Shown piece by piece: positions 37,413-46,374 of a stretch of DNA of 64,000 nt. A program made the translations under genes and the position numbers. Position 1 is the stretch's first letter. The number at the start of each line of letters is the position of its first letter. The notes under the pieces were generated by a model that saw only the letters and a program-made list of their open reading frames with translations, did not search any database and had not been told where the DNA came from. Source of the stretch: Deltaproteobacteria bacterium (lineage in GTDB: Bacteria > Myxococcota > Kuafuiibacteriia > Kuafuiibacteriales > Kuafuiibacteriaceae); NCBI GenBank assembly GCA_040218735.1, contig JAVJQW010000012.1, positions 449,940 through 513,939 on the forward strand. Reading direction: 5' to 3'.

Positions 37413-38873
37413 TTAGTACGGGTTGTCGAGGTAACCCTCGGCGTCCGACTTCTTCTTCGACTTCGCCGGCTTCTTCTTGCTGAGCGGTGGCGGCTTCACC
37501 AGCGGCGGGTCGATCGCGATGGGCTCGATCACGCGTCGCTCGACCGGCGCCTCCGGCGGGGCGTCGCCCTCGGGCAGCGCGTCCTCGGGGGGCAACACGG
37601 TCTTGGTAGCCTGGACGGGGATCTGCACGGAGTCGTCGCCGCGCATTCCGAGCCAGACGCCGGTGCCGAGGCCGCCGAGGATGAACAGGCCGATCGCCGC
37701 GACCCAGATCCACGTCGGCACGCGCGGCGGCTCCATCGCGTCGAGCTTCACCGTGCTCCCGGGGATGGCGCCGACGACGCTCGGGTCCTCGAGCGGGACC
37801 CCGTCGGGGATCGGGGTGACGCTCGGGTGGGTGTTGAAGTTGCCGAGCTCGTACGGGGCGAGCGACGTCTCGGTGCCGTACGAGTCGTCGGTCTCGGCGC
37901 GCCAGATCGTCTTGAGCTGCGCGAGGAGCTCGCGCGCGGTGGCGGGTCGGGCGTCGCGGCTGCGATCGATGCAGCGGTGGACGAGCGCCTCGAGCTCGGC
38001 GGAGCAGTCGGCGTCGGGGTCGGCGTCGCGGAGGAACTTCGGCTCCTCCATCACCTGCGCGCGGATCAGATCCACGATCGAGTCGGCTTCGAACGGCGGG
38101 CGCCCGGTGAGGAGCTGGTAGAGGATCACGCCGACCGAGTAGAGGTCCGCGCGGCCGTCGACCTGCTCGCCGATCGCCTGCTCGGGCGCCATGTACCCGG
38201 GCGTCCCCAACAGCACGCCGGCGTTGGTGAGGTTCTCGTCAACGTGCACACCCGCGAGGTCGCCTTCGTCCTCCGAGAAGATCTTCACGATGCCGAAGTC
38301 GAGGACCTTCACGAAGTCGAGGTCGTCATCGTCCGGCTGGACCATGATGTTCGCGGGTTTCAGGTCGCGGTGCACGACGCCCTGCTCGTGCGCCTTGCGC
38401 AGCGCGCGCACGAGCTGGATCGCGATGTTCAGCGCGCGGCGCCGCGAGAACCGCCCGACCTCGCGCGCGACCTCGAAGAGCGAACGCCCCTCGACGTACT
38501 CCATCACCGTGAACAGGTTGCCGTCCTCGGTCTCGCCGAAGTCGTAGATGCTCACGATGTTCGGATGCGCGAGCCGCGCGGCGATCGACGCCTCGCGGTG
38601 GAAACGTTTGCGGATGCGATCGGCAGACTCGTGATCGTCCTGGACGTTGAGCACCTTGATCGCGACGCGACGCCCGATCGGCATCTGCACCGCTTCGTAG
38701 ATGCTGCCCGCCGCGCCCTCCGCGATCTTCGTGCGGATGCGGAACCGCCCGGCGATCTCCTGCCCCTGCAGACGCAGCTCACTCGGTCCTCTGAACCTCG
38801 GCGCACCTGCGCCCTCCGACGTGACGTCGTTGGGATCGTGCAGGATGGCGTCGTGTGAGCTCACGGCGTGCAC
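37413..38873 (-). CDS. Membrane Ser/Thr protein kinase with a C-terminal YLDNPY
   Basis: VAIK, HRDLKPAN, DFG and YMAPEQ motifs, one TM helix and a short Pro/Lys-rich tail. The start is approximate. Confidence 0.92.
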   Translation of the reverse strand: MHAVSSHDAILHDPNDVTSEGAGAPRFRGPSELRLQGQEIAGRFRIRTKIAEGAAGSIYEAVQMPIGRRVAIKVLNVQDDHESADRIRKRFHREASIAARLAHPNIVSIYDFGETEDGNLFTVMEYVEGRSLFEVAREVGRFSRRRALNIAIQLVRALRKAHEQGVVHRDLKPANIMVQPDDDDLDFVKVLDFGIVKIFSEDEGDLAGVHVDENLTNAGVLLGTPGYMAPEQAIGEQVDGRADLYSVGVILYQLLTGRPPFEADSIVDLIRAQVMEEPKFLRDADPDADCSAELEALVHRCIDRSRDARPATARELLAQLKTIWRAETDDSYGTETSLAPYELGNFNTHPSVTPIPDGVPLEDPSVVGAIPGSTVKLDAMEPPRVPTWIWVAAIGLFILGGLGTGVWLGMRGDDSVQIPVQATKTVLPPEDALPEGDAPPEAPVERRVIEPIAIDPPLVKPPPLSKKKPAKSKKKSDAEGYLDNPY

Positions 38874-39037
38874 GCCTCTACTACGGTAACGGCTGCCCCA
38901 ACCTGCCCGATCCGCGGCCGTCGCGCACGGGGGAGGTCCTGAGACATCGACATCATGACACACACGTGCGTAGGTTCACGATGAACCCGATCGGGCTCTC
39001 GTACGTCCAATCGGTGTAGGGGAGATTTGACCCAATC

Positions 39038-39814
39038 ATGATGACGGTATTCGGATGTGCGACGATCTTGGCTCTGGCGGCGGCACCAGGCCCCCAGCCC
39101 GAGGAGGCGCGTGTAACCCAAGCGCGCCCAAAGCCCCAGCTGTACGCCCAAGCAGGCGCGGCGAAGAAGGGCACGCCGAAGAAGGTGCCGACGACGAAGT
39201 CGAAGGCGATCCCCGCGGCGAAGGCCAATGGCGCGGTCGCGCTCGTGGCGAAGGTCGAGGGCTTCTACAAGAACCTTCAGGACTACTCCGCCGAGTTCAT
39301 CCAGACCTACACGCGCGTCGCGCTCTCCAAGACGTCGGAGTCGCGCGGGCAGATCGCGATCAAGAAGCCGGGCCTGATGAAGTGGACGTACGAGAAGCCG
39401 GCCAAGAAGCTGTGGGTGGTCGACGGCGAGAAGCTCTGGGTCGAGGACCCGGAGGAGATGCAGGTCTTCGTCGACGACAACTACAAGACCACCGAGCTCA
39501 CCAACTCGATCCAGTTCCTGTGGGGTGAGGGGAAGCTGACCGACAGCTTCAACGCGACGGTCGGCGACGCCAAGACGTACGAGGCGCCGAAGGGCCACGA
39601 GGTCCTCGTCCTCAAGCCGAAGCGCGGCGCGAGCTACGCGAAGCTGGTGCTGTTCGTCGACAGCAAGACCGGCGCGGTGCAGTCGTCGACGATCTTCGAG
39701 ACGTCGGGCAACAAGAACCACTTCAAGTTCAAGGCCCCGAAGATCAACGCCGGCATGAAGGCATCCGACTTCGCCTACACGCCCCCGAAGAACTTCGAAG
39801 TCATCCACCAGTAG
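39038..39814 (+). CDS. lolA: Outer-membrane lipoprotein carrier protein LolA
   Basis: AEFIQT, GQIAIKKPGLMKWTYEKP, VVDGEKLW and FAYTPPK. Located next to ftsK. Confidence 0.9.
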   Translation: MMTVFGCATILALAAAPGPQPEEARVTQARPKPQLYAQAGAAKKGTPKKVPTTKSKAIPAAKANGAVALVAKVEGFYKNLQDYSAEFIQTYTRVALSKTSESRGQIAIKKPGLMKWTYEKPAKKLWVVDGEKLWVEDPEEMQVFVDDNYKTTELTNSIQFLWGEGKLTDSFNATVGDAKTYEAPKGHEVLVLKPKRGASYAKLVLFVDSKTGAVQSSTIFETSGNKNHFKFKAPKINAGMKASDFAYTPPKNFEVIHQ

Positions 39815-39829
39815 CGGTATGATGGCGGG

Positions 39830-41539
39830 GTGCGCCGCGTCCTCGCCCTCTCCCTCGCGCTGGCTGGCTGCAGCTTCTCGCCGGCCGTGCCGACGGGCGA
39901 CGGCGGCCCCGACCTGAGCGACTGCGGCGACGGCGCCGTGCAGTCGACCGAGACCTGCGACGACGGCAACACCCGAGGCGGCGACGGCTGCGACAACTCG
40001 TGCCGCGTCGAGTCCTACTTCCTCTGCGTCGGCGAGCCTTCGGTGTGCACCAACCCGCCCCCGAACGCGATGGACGACGACGCCTACGTGGACGTGGGCG
40101 GCACGATCAACGTCAACGTCCTCGGGAACGACACCGACCACGGCGGAGAGCCGTTCACGCTCGTGAGCGTCGACCGGCCCACCTTCGGGACGCTCACCCA
40201 CGACACGATGTGGGTGACGATGACCGGGACTTCTTCGGGCGTCGAGTTCGTGACGTACCGGGTCCAGGACCTCGCGGGCGGACGCGGCGCCGCACGGATT
40301 CGCTTCCGCGTCGGCGTCCCCAACCGCGCCCCCGTTGCGCAGCCGCTCCAGATCATGACGGGCATCGACGTCCCGATCGGGGTCCGCCTCGACGCGACGG
40401 ATGAGGATCAGGACACACTCACGTACGCCGTGATCGACATGCCGGCGAACGGCACGCTCACCGAGCTCGTCGGCGACGAGCTGACGTATCGCCCCAACGC
40501 CGGGTTCTTCGGACGCGACACGTTCACCTACCGCGCGAACGACGGAGAGCTCGACAGCGAGATCGCGACGGTCACGGTCGACGTGATCCGCGCCTGGTGG
40601 GACACCGACTGGCTGCGCCGACGACGAATCACGATCGACACCACCGGGTTCTCGAACGTGCGCGACGTCCCGGTGCGTGTCCCGCTCGCGGCGAGTGTGC
40701 TGATGGGCGAAGGCGCGCGCGCAGACGGGCGCGATCTACGCTTCGTGTCACTCGACGGGTCGACGGTCTTCCCGCACGAGCTCGTCGGCTGGCCCAACAA
40801 CCACGCCGCCGCTTGGATCACGGTGCCGACGTTCACGGCGCCCGAGGTCGAGCTGTGGGTCTACTACGACCACGACGACGCCGGGCCTCCCGCGTCGAAC
40901 CCGTGGTCGGGCGACTATCACGCGGTGTTCCACTTCGACGACGACCTCGTCGACACGATCTCCGGCGACGCCCAGCAGGTGTCGAACGTGTACCGCCTGT
41001 TCTCGTCGCTCACCGGACGCGGGCTCATGGTGGACGAAGAGGAGAACGTGAGCCTCGACGTCACGACCCTGCGGATGGAGACCGGCGCGCTCTGTTTGTG
41101 GTTCCTCGCGGCGCAGTCGTCCGGGGACATCGTCGAGCTGTCGCGCTCGGGCCAGGGCCAAGGCTCGGGCGGCGAGCTGCTGCTCGAGCTCGACTCTTCG
41201 GACCGGCTGCGCTGCACGATGGACAGCGGCAACAGCAACGCGCTCTTCACCACCGGTCAGTCGATCGACCAAGGCTGGCACTTCGCGTGCCTCCGCTGGG
41301 ACGTCGTGGCCGACACTTTGGACCTCTCGAAGAACGGCGTCGTGATCGGCGGCGGTGCGGCCTCGTCCCCGTTCGACGTGGACCGGCTGCGGTTCGATCA
41401 CGAGGAAGACGGGTTCGCGGGACCCGTGGACGAGGTTTGGATCCTCACCGATCCCCCCTCCGACGATTGGATTCGCGCGCAGGCGGTGCTCGGCCTCGGC
41501 AGCGTGATCACCACCGGCCCGCTCGAGGACGTGCCCTAG
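39830..41539 (+). CDS. Lipoprotein with myxobacterial disulfide repeat, Ig/cadherin-like repeats, DUF2341-like and LamG-like domains
   Basis: Lipobox LAGC, CGDG..ETCDDGN..GDGC, NVLGNDTD, YRPNAGFFGRDTFTYRAND, WWDTDWLRRRRI, DGRDLRF and FAGPVDEV. Confidence 0.85.
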   Translation: MRRVLALSLALAGCSFSPAVPTGDGGPDLSDCGDGAVQSTETCDDGNTRGGDGCDNSCRVESYFLCVGEPSVCTNPPPNAMDDDAYVDVGGTINVNVLGNDTDHGGEPFTLVSVDRPTFGTLTHDTMWVTMTGTSSGVEFVTYRVQDLAGGRGAARIRFRVGVPNRAPVAQPLQIMTGIDVPIGVRLDATDEDQDTLTYAVIDMPANGTLTELVGDELTYRPNAGFFGRDTFTYRANDGELDSEIATVTVDVIRAWWDTDWLRRRRITIDTTGFSNVRDVPVRVPLAASVLMGEGARADGRDLRFVSLDGSTVFPHELVGWPNNHAAAWITVPTFTAPEVELWVYYDHDDAGPPASNPWSGDYHAVFHFDDDLVDTISGDAQQVSNVYRLFSSLTGRGLMVDEEENVSLDVTTLRMETGALCLWFLAAQSSGDIVELSRSGQGQGSGGELLLELDSSDRLRCTMDSGNSNALFTTGQSIDQGWHFACLRWDVVADTLDLSKNGVVIGGGAASSPFDVDRLRFDHEEDGFAGPVDEVWILTDPPSDDWIRAQAVLGLGSVITTGPLEDVP

Positions 41540-41548
41540 GTCGGCGCC

Positions 41549-42073
41549 TCAGGAGTAGGCGCGGATGACGTCGGCGATCGCGGTCGGCGACATCGGCGAG
41601 GTCGATCCGTTGGTGTTCTCGAGCTCGAGGAGCTCCGCGAGGATCGGCTGCGAGCGGCGACGCGGCAGCACCTCGATCGCGGCCTGCGAGCGGCGCACCT
41701 CGACCTGACCGATCGTCAACGGCGACGCCGCGGAGACGACCACCGAGTCCGGCTTCGACTGGCGCGGGCGCGACGAGCTCGCGTTGCGCAGCGACGGGGA
41801 GTCGGACCAGGTCTGGATCAGGTTGCGCGCCGCGGCGGTCACGCGCTCGGGTGCGAGCGGCGGACAGGTCACGACGCGGAGGTAGTTCTCCAGCGCTTCG
41901 CGGCGGCGGTCCGACAGCGGGTACGCGTCGTCACACGCGAGGCCGAGGATCCGCACGAGGGCGTTGCGCTCGTCGTTCGAAAGCGGCGATCCGAGAAACG
42001 ACCCGCTCGCGAACACACTGGACCCCGCCGTCATGGCGACGCACCCTGCCACGCCGCTCGCGACGGCGTCCAT
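41549..42073 (-). CDS. Hypothetical protein
   Basis: Fills the gap between flanking genes with high GC3 codons. Start is ATG 42073 or 42034. Confidence 0.55.
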   Translation of the reverse strand: MDAVASGVAGCVAMTAGSSVFASGSFLGSPLSNDERNALVRILGLACDDAYPLSDRRREALENYLRVVTCPPLAPERVTAAARNLIQTWSDSPSLRNASSSRPRQSKPDSVVVSAASPLTIGQVEVRRSQAAIEVLPRRRSQPILAELLELENTNGSTSPMSPTAIADVIRAYS

Positions 42074-42116
42074 CCGGAGATTGACTCCGCGGCCGGTTCG
42101 CCCAACTGTCCGATGG

Positions 42117-43631
42117 ATGGGCGCTACCTTCGACGTCGACAACCCCGCGACCGGACAGACGCTCCGGGCCCTCCCGTGCCACTCCGCGGAGGAGGTCGCC
42201 GAAGCGATGGCGCGCGCGCGACGCGCCCAGCGGGGGTGGTCGGCGCAGTCCGTGGAGGCGCGGGGGAAGCGGCTGGAGCGCGTCGCCGAGGTGATCGGCC
42301 GCCGCACCGACGAGATCGCGCGGATCGTGTCGGAGGAGAACGGCAAGGTGCGAGGCGAGGCGCTCCTGCACGACGTCGGCCCCACGCTGCTCGTGATGAG
42401 CTACTTCATCGAGCACGCGCCGCGGATCCTCGCGCGCGAGACGATCCGGCTCGCGATCGCGAAGCACCGGAAGAGCCACCTCGCGTACGTGCCGAAGGGG
42501 GTCGTCGGCGTGATCACTCCGTGGAACTTCCCGTTCTTCATGCCGGGGTCCGACGTCGCGATGGCGCTGCTCGCGGGGAACGGCGTGGTGCTGAAGCCGA
42601 GCGAGGTCACGCCGCTGTCATCGCTGATCCTCAAGGAGTGTTACGACGAAGGCGGGATCGACCCCGACCTCTTCCAGGTCGTCACCGGCCTCGGTGAGAC
42701 CGGCGCCGCGCTGATCGACGCCGGCCCCGACCACGTCGTGTTCACCGGCTCCGTCCCGACCGGTCGCCGCGTCGGCGTCGCGTGCGCCGAACGGATGATC
42801 CCGTACACGCTGGAGCTCGGCGGCAAGGCCCCCGCGGTCGTCCTCGACGACGCGGACCTCGACCGCACCGCCGGCGCCATCCTCTGGGGCGGCTTCGCAA
42901 ACGCGGGGCAGGTCTGCGCCTCCGTCGAACGTGTCTACGCGACCGCTCCGGTCTACGACGACCTCGTGCGCCGCGTGACGGAGGGCGCGCAGGCGCTGAA
43001 GGTCGGCGCGCCCGACAACGGTGGCGTCGTCGACATCGGCGCGATGACCTGGCCGAAGCAGCGCGACATCGTCGAGTCCCTCGTCGCCGACGCACGCGAG
43101 AAGGGCGCCCGCGTCACGACGGGCGGCGAGCGCGTGGACGGCGGGCTCTTCTACAGGCCGACGGTCATCGCGGACTGCAACCACGACATGCGCGTGATGA
43201 AGGAGGAGGTCTTCGGGCCCGTCGTCCCGTTCATGCGCGTGCAGAGCGAAGCGGAGGCGATCCGCCTCGCAAACGAATCCCACCTCGGCCTGGGCGCGTA
43301 CGTGTTCACCAAGGATCGCGACCGCGGCGCGCGCGTCGCGGAGCAGCTCGAGGTCGGCTCGGTGATGGTCAACGACGTGCTCACCCACGCGGGCTCGCCG
43401 GAGATGCCGTGGGGCGGCATTCGTCAGTCGGGGCTCGGCGTGGTGCGCAGCGAGCGCGGGCTCCGCGAGCTGTGCCACGCGCGCCACGTGAACGTGGATC
43501 GCGTGCGGCCTCTGGAGCGCGACCCGTTCTGGTTCCCGTACAGCGACAAACAGACGAAGGTGACGAGGAAGTTCGTGCGCTCGCTCTACGACGGCGCGGC
43601 GAGCAAGCTGATCCGCAAGTTCCTCACATGA
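42117..43631 (+). CDS. Aldehyde dehydrogenase family protein
   Basis: PWNFP, LKPSE, FTGS, LELGGK, AGQVCAS (catalytic Cys) and EEVFGP. Confidence 0.95.
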   Translation: MGATFDVDNPATGQTLRALPCHSAEEVAEAMARARRAQRGWSAQSVEARGKRLERVAEVIGRRTDEIARIVSEENGKVRGEALLHDVGPTLLVMSYFIEHAPRILARETIRLAIAKHRKSHLAYVPKGVVGVITPWNFPFFMPGSDVAMALLAGNGVVLKPSEVTPLSSLILKECYDEGGIDPDLFQVVTGLGETGAALIDAGPDHVVFTGSVPTGRRVGVACAERMIPYTLELGGKAPAVVLDDADLDRTAGAILWGGFANAGQVCASVERVYATAPVYDDLVRRVTEGAQALKVGAPDNGGVVDIGAMTWPKQRDIVESLVADAREKGARVTTGGERVDGGLFYRPTVIADCNHDMRVMKEEVFGPVVPFMRVQSEAEAIRLANESHLGLGAYVFTKDRDRGARVAEQLEVGSVMVNDVLTHAGSPEMPWGGIRQSGLGVVRSERGLRELCHARHVNVDRVRPLERDPFWFPYSDKQTKVTRKFVRSLYDGAASKLIRKFLT

Positions 43632-44418
43632 GGCGGGTGACGACGACGAAGCGTCGCCCGTGTGCGTCGACGAACTCCTCGCGCGTGACGGAGCTCGACG
43701 GTCCGTCGCCGACGTCGATCACCGGACCGTAGGGCGAAGGCGCGAAGGGCCCCTGCCGGCGCAAGCTCTCTTGCACGCGCGCGATGCGCTGCTCGTTCGC
43801 GACGAGCACGAACAGCACGAAGCCGATCAACATCAGCGACCACGCCTGGATGAACAGGCCGAGGCCGATGAAGATCACCGCGAACACCCGCGACACCCAG
43901 GCCGCGATGTTCGTCGCCTTCAGCGCGCCGAAGCGGAGCGACAGGCCCGCGCGGAAGATGCGACCGCCGTCCATCGGGAGCGCCGGCAGCAGGTTGAACA
44001 GCCCCATCATCACGTTGACGACGGCGCCGTAGGCGATCAAGTCGAGCGCCGTGGGCGTGGGTGAGAGGGAGGCCCCGGTGAGGACCGTGAGCGCGACGAA
44101 GAACAGACCGAGCACAAATGAGACAGCGGGGCCCGCCGCCGCGATCACCATCTCCTGCTTCGGGGTATCGGCGGGCCGCTTCATGAGCGCCATGCCGCCG
44201 AGGACGTTCAGGTTGATCGCGGCGATCGGGATCCCGTAGCGCTGCGCGGTGAGCGCGTGGCCGAGCTCGTGGAGGAGGAGGGAGCCAAACAGCAGGAATC
44301 CTGCGGGGATACCGAACCAACCGAACTGCACGACCAGCAGCACGGCGATGACGAGGAGCGAGAAGTGCAGCCGAATCGGGATACCCTTAATCGACGCAAC
44401 CTTGAGCGATCCGAACAT
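43624..44418 (-). CDS. Site-2 protease (peptidase M50)
   Basis: HELGH, IAAAGP and FNLLPALPMDGGRI. Confidence 0.93.
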   Translation of the reverse strand: MFGSLKVASIKGIPIRLHFSLLVIAVLLVVQFGWFGIPAGFLLFGSLLLHELGHALTAQRYGIPIAAINLNVLGGMALMKRPADTPKQEMVIAAAGPAVSFVLGLFFVALTVLTGASLSPTPTALDLIAYGAVVNVMMGLFNLLPALPMDGGRIFRAGLSLRFGALKATNIAAWVSRVFAVIFIGLGLFIQAWSLMLIGFVLFVLVANEQRIARVQESLRRQGPFAPSPYGPVIDVGDGPSSSVTREEFVDAHGRRFVVVTRLM

Positions 44419-44501
44419 CTGTCGTCTCCTATAACTCCGAATCGAGCCGCGTCATGCCTGCGCCCGACGCCCGACGATCACGGTATACCGCCCAACTTCG
44501 T

Positions 44502-46238
44502 ATGCGTACGCACGCCCATCTTCTCCCGTTCGGCCTCGGCCTGGCGATACTGACCGCCTGCGGCGGGACGTTCCCCGTCGACGCGAGGTCTGGGGACGAC
44601 GACGCGCAGCGCACGCCGTACGAAACCGGCGACGCCCCGCTCACGCGCCTGCGCGAAGACTTCGACAACCGCCGCCGCATCGAATCGATCGCGCGCGCCG
44701 AGCTCGACGTGAACCGCGGCGCGCTCACGCTCGCGGCGACGCGCTTCCCCACGCTCGACGGGACCGGCGACCAGTACGTCTCCGGAACGATGCAGCGGAA
44801 CGGCCTCGTCGAAGGCGACGACATCGTGCTCGCGCGCTCCTCCGCCGTCGTCGCGCCGGACTCCCTAGAGCTGCGCGCGGCGAGCACCGTCACCGTCAGC
44901 GGCGACGTACGCATCGGCCCCGGCGGCATGACGATCGTCGCGTCGAAGCGCATCGTCATCACCGAGACCGCTTCGCTCGACAGCAAAGGCCCCGTCACGC
45001 TCATGATCGCGGACCCCGACGGCTCCGTACAGATCGACGGGCGCCTCGTCACGCGCAGTACCGCGGAGAGCACGCAGGCTCCGAACATCACCATCCTCGG
45101 GCGCGGCAGCGTCATCGTCACCGGCGAGCTGCGGACCGAAGCCGACGCGGATCAACACGGCGGCGACGTGCGCATCGAGGTCTACAACGACGTGCGCATC
45201 GTCGGGCCCGAGGCCCACGTCGCGGCGTACGCCCACGAGGGCGGCTCCCCTGGCGTCGTCACGGTGCGCAGCGAAGCCGACGTCCGCGTGACGGAAGGCG
45301 CCACGCTGGGCCGGCTCGGCGACGCCGACATCGAGACCGCCAAGGACACCGACGGCGCGATCGACGTGCAGGCCGCTTCGATCATCGTCGACGACGCCAG
45401 CCGCATCGTCTCCGACACCAGCCACTTCGGCAGCGGCATCGAGCTCGCCGCGCGCGACCTCATCCGCGCCGGCGAGGGCGCGCAGATCCGAGCCGGCGAG
45501 ACGGAGATCGGCGCGCCGCTCCGGATGCGTGCGGCGACCATCGACCTCGGCGTCAGCGCGGTCGTCGCGGCGGGTCCCGGTCGCTCCGGCGGAGGCAACC
45601 TGGAGATCCGCGCGAGCAGCGCGCTGACGATCGCCCCCAACGCTCAGATCCTCGCGGGCGAAGGCCGCTGCGCCGCGGGCGGCGACGTCCTGATCGTCGT
45701 CTCCGGCGAGCTCACCGCGTCGACCCCCGCCACGATCGCAGGCGGTGACGGCGGTACGGCGAGTGACACCCTCGAGTGCCCCGGCGACTTCGAGGGCGGC
45801 GGCGTCACGGTCATCGCACACGAGGCGTCCGGCCTCGAAGAGGTCGTCGTCCCCGGTCGCGGCCAGCCGGCCGGCTCCGTAGAGCTGTCGATGGATCGCA
45901 CCGTCATGGTCGAGCGCGTGGTGCTCGCGGTGCAGACCAGCGGCGAGGTCCAGTCCGTCCCGCTGCGACGCGACCCCCTCGCGATCGGTCGCGTCCCGCG
46001 TCTCGTCGAGCTGTCCGCGGAGGCGCCGACCGGCACTCGCATCGTCATCGAGCTCGCCGGCGCCGACACGCACGATGGTCCGTTCGACACCTGGTTCCCG
46101 GTCGGCTCCGACGATCCCGAAGAGCTCGCGCCGCTCTCGGGCGCCGCGTGGTTCAAGTACCGCGTCAAACTCTCGGGCCGTGCGTACGACGCGCCGGTGA
46201 TCGACTTCTTCGACATCGACCTCGCGCCCGCCTTCTGA
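44502..46238 (+). CDS. Lipoprotein with a beta-helix-like repeat core
   Basis: Lipobox LTAC and recurring GGDVRI / GGNLEI / GGDVLI / GGGVTV strands. Confidence 0.72.
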   Translation: MRTHAHLLPFGLGLAILTACGGTFPVDARSGDDDAQRTPYETGDAPLTRLREDFDNRRRIESIARAELDVNRGALTLAATRFPTLDGTGDQYVSGTMQRNGLVEGDDIVLARSSAVVAPDSLELRAASTVTVSGDVRIGPGGMTIVASKRIVITETASLDSKGPVTLMIADPDGSVQIDGRLVTRSTAESTQAPNITILGRGSVIVTGELRTEADADQHGGDVRIEVYNDVRIVGPEAHVAAYAHEGGSPGVVTVRSEADVRVTEGATLGRLGDADIETAKDTDGAIDVQAASIIVDDASRIVSDTSHFGSGIELAARDLIRAGEGAQIRAGETEIGAPLRMRAATIDLGVSAVVAAGPGRSGGGNLEIRASSALTIAPNAQILAGEGRCAAGGDVLIVVSGELTASTPATIAGGDGGTASDTLECPGDFEGGGVTVIAHEASGLEEVVVPGRGQPAGSVELSMDRTVMVERVVLAVQTSGEVQSVPLRRDPLAIGRVPRLVELSAEAPTGTRIVIELAGADTHDGPFDTWFPVGSDDPEELAPLSGAAWFKYRVKLSGRAYDAPVIDFFDIDLAPAF

Positions 46239-46374
46239 GTCACGGACCGTTTCGCTTCGCGACGGACGTACATCGTCGCTCGTCTCGATGAGGCGCACGC
46301 ACCGTATCGAGTGAGCACACCCGTCACTTTGTGCTCATGACCTCCCGCGCGCGCGTCGATGGCCGGCTCGGGAC

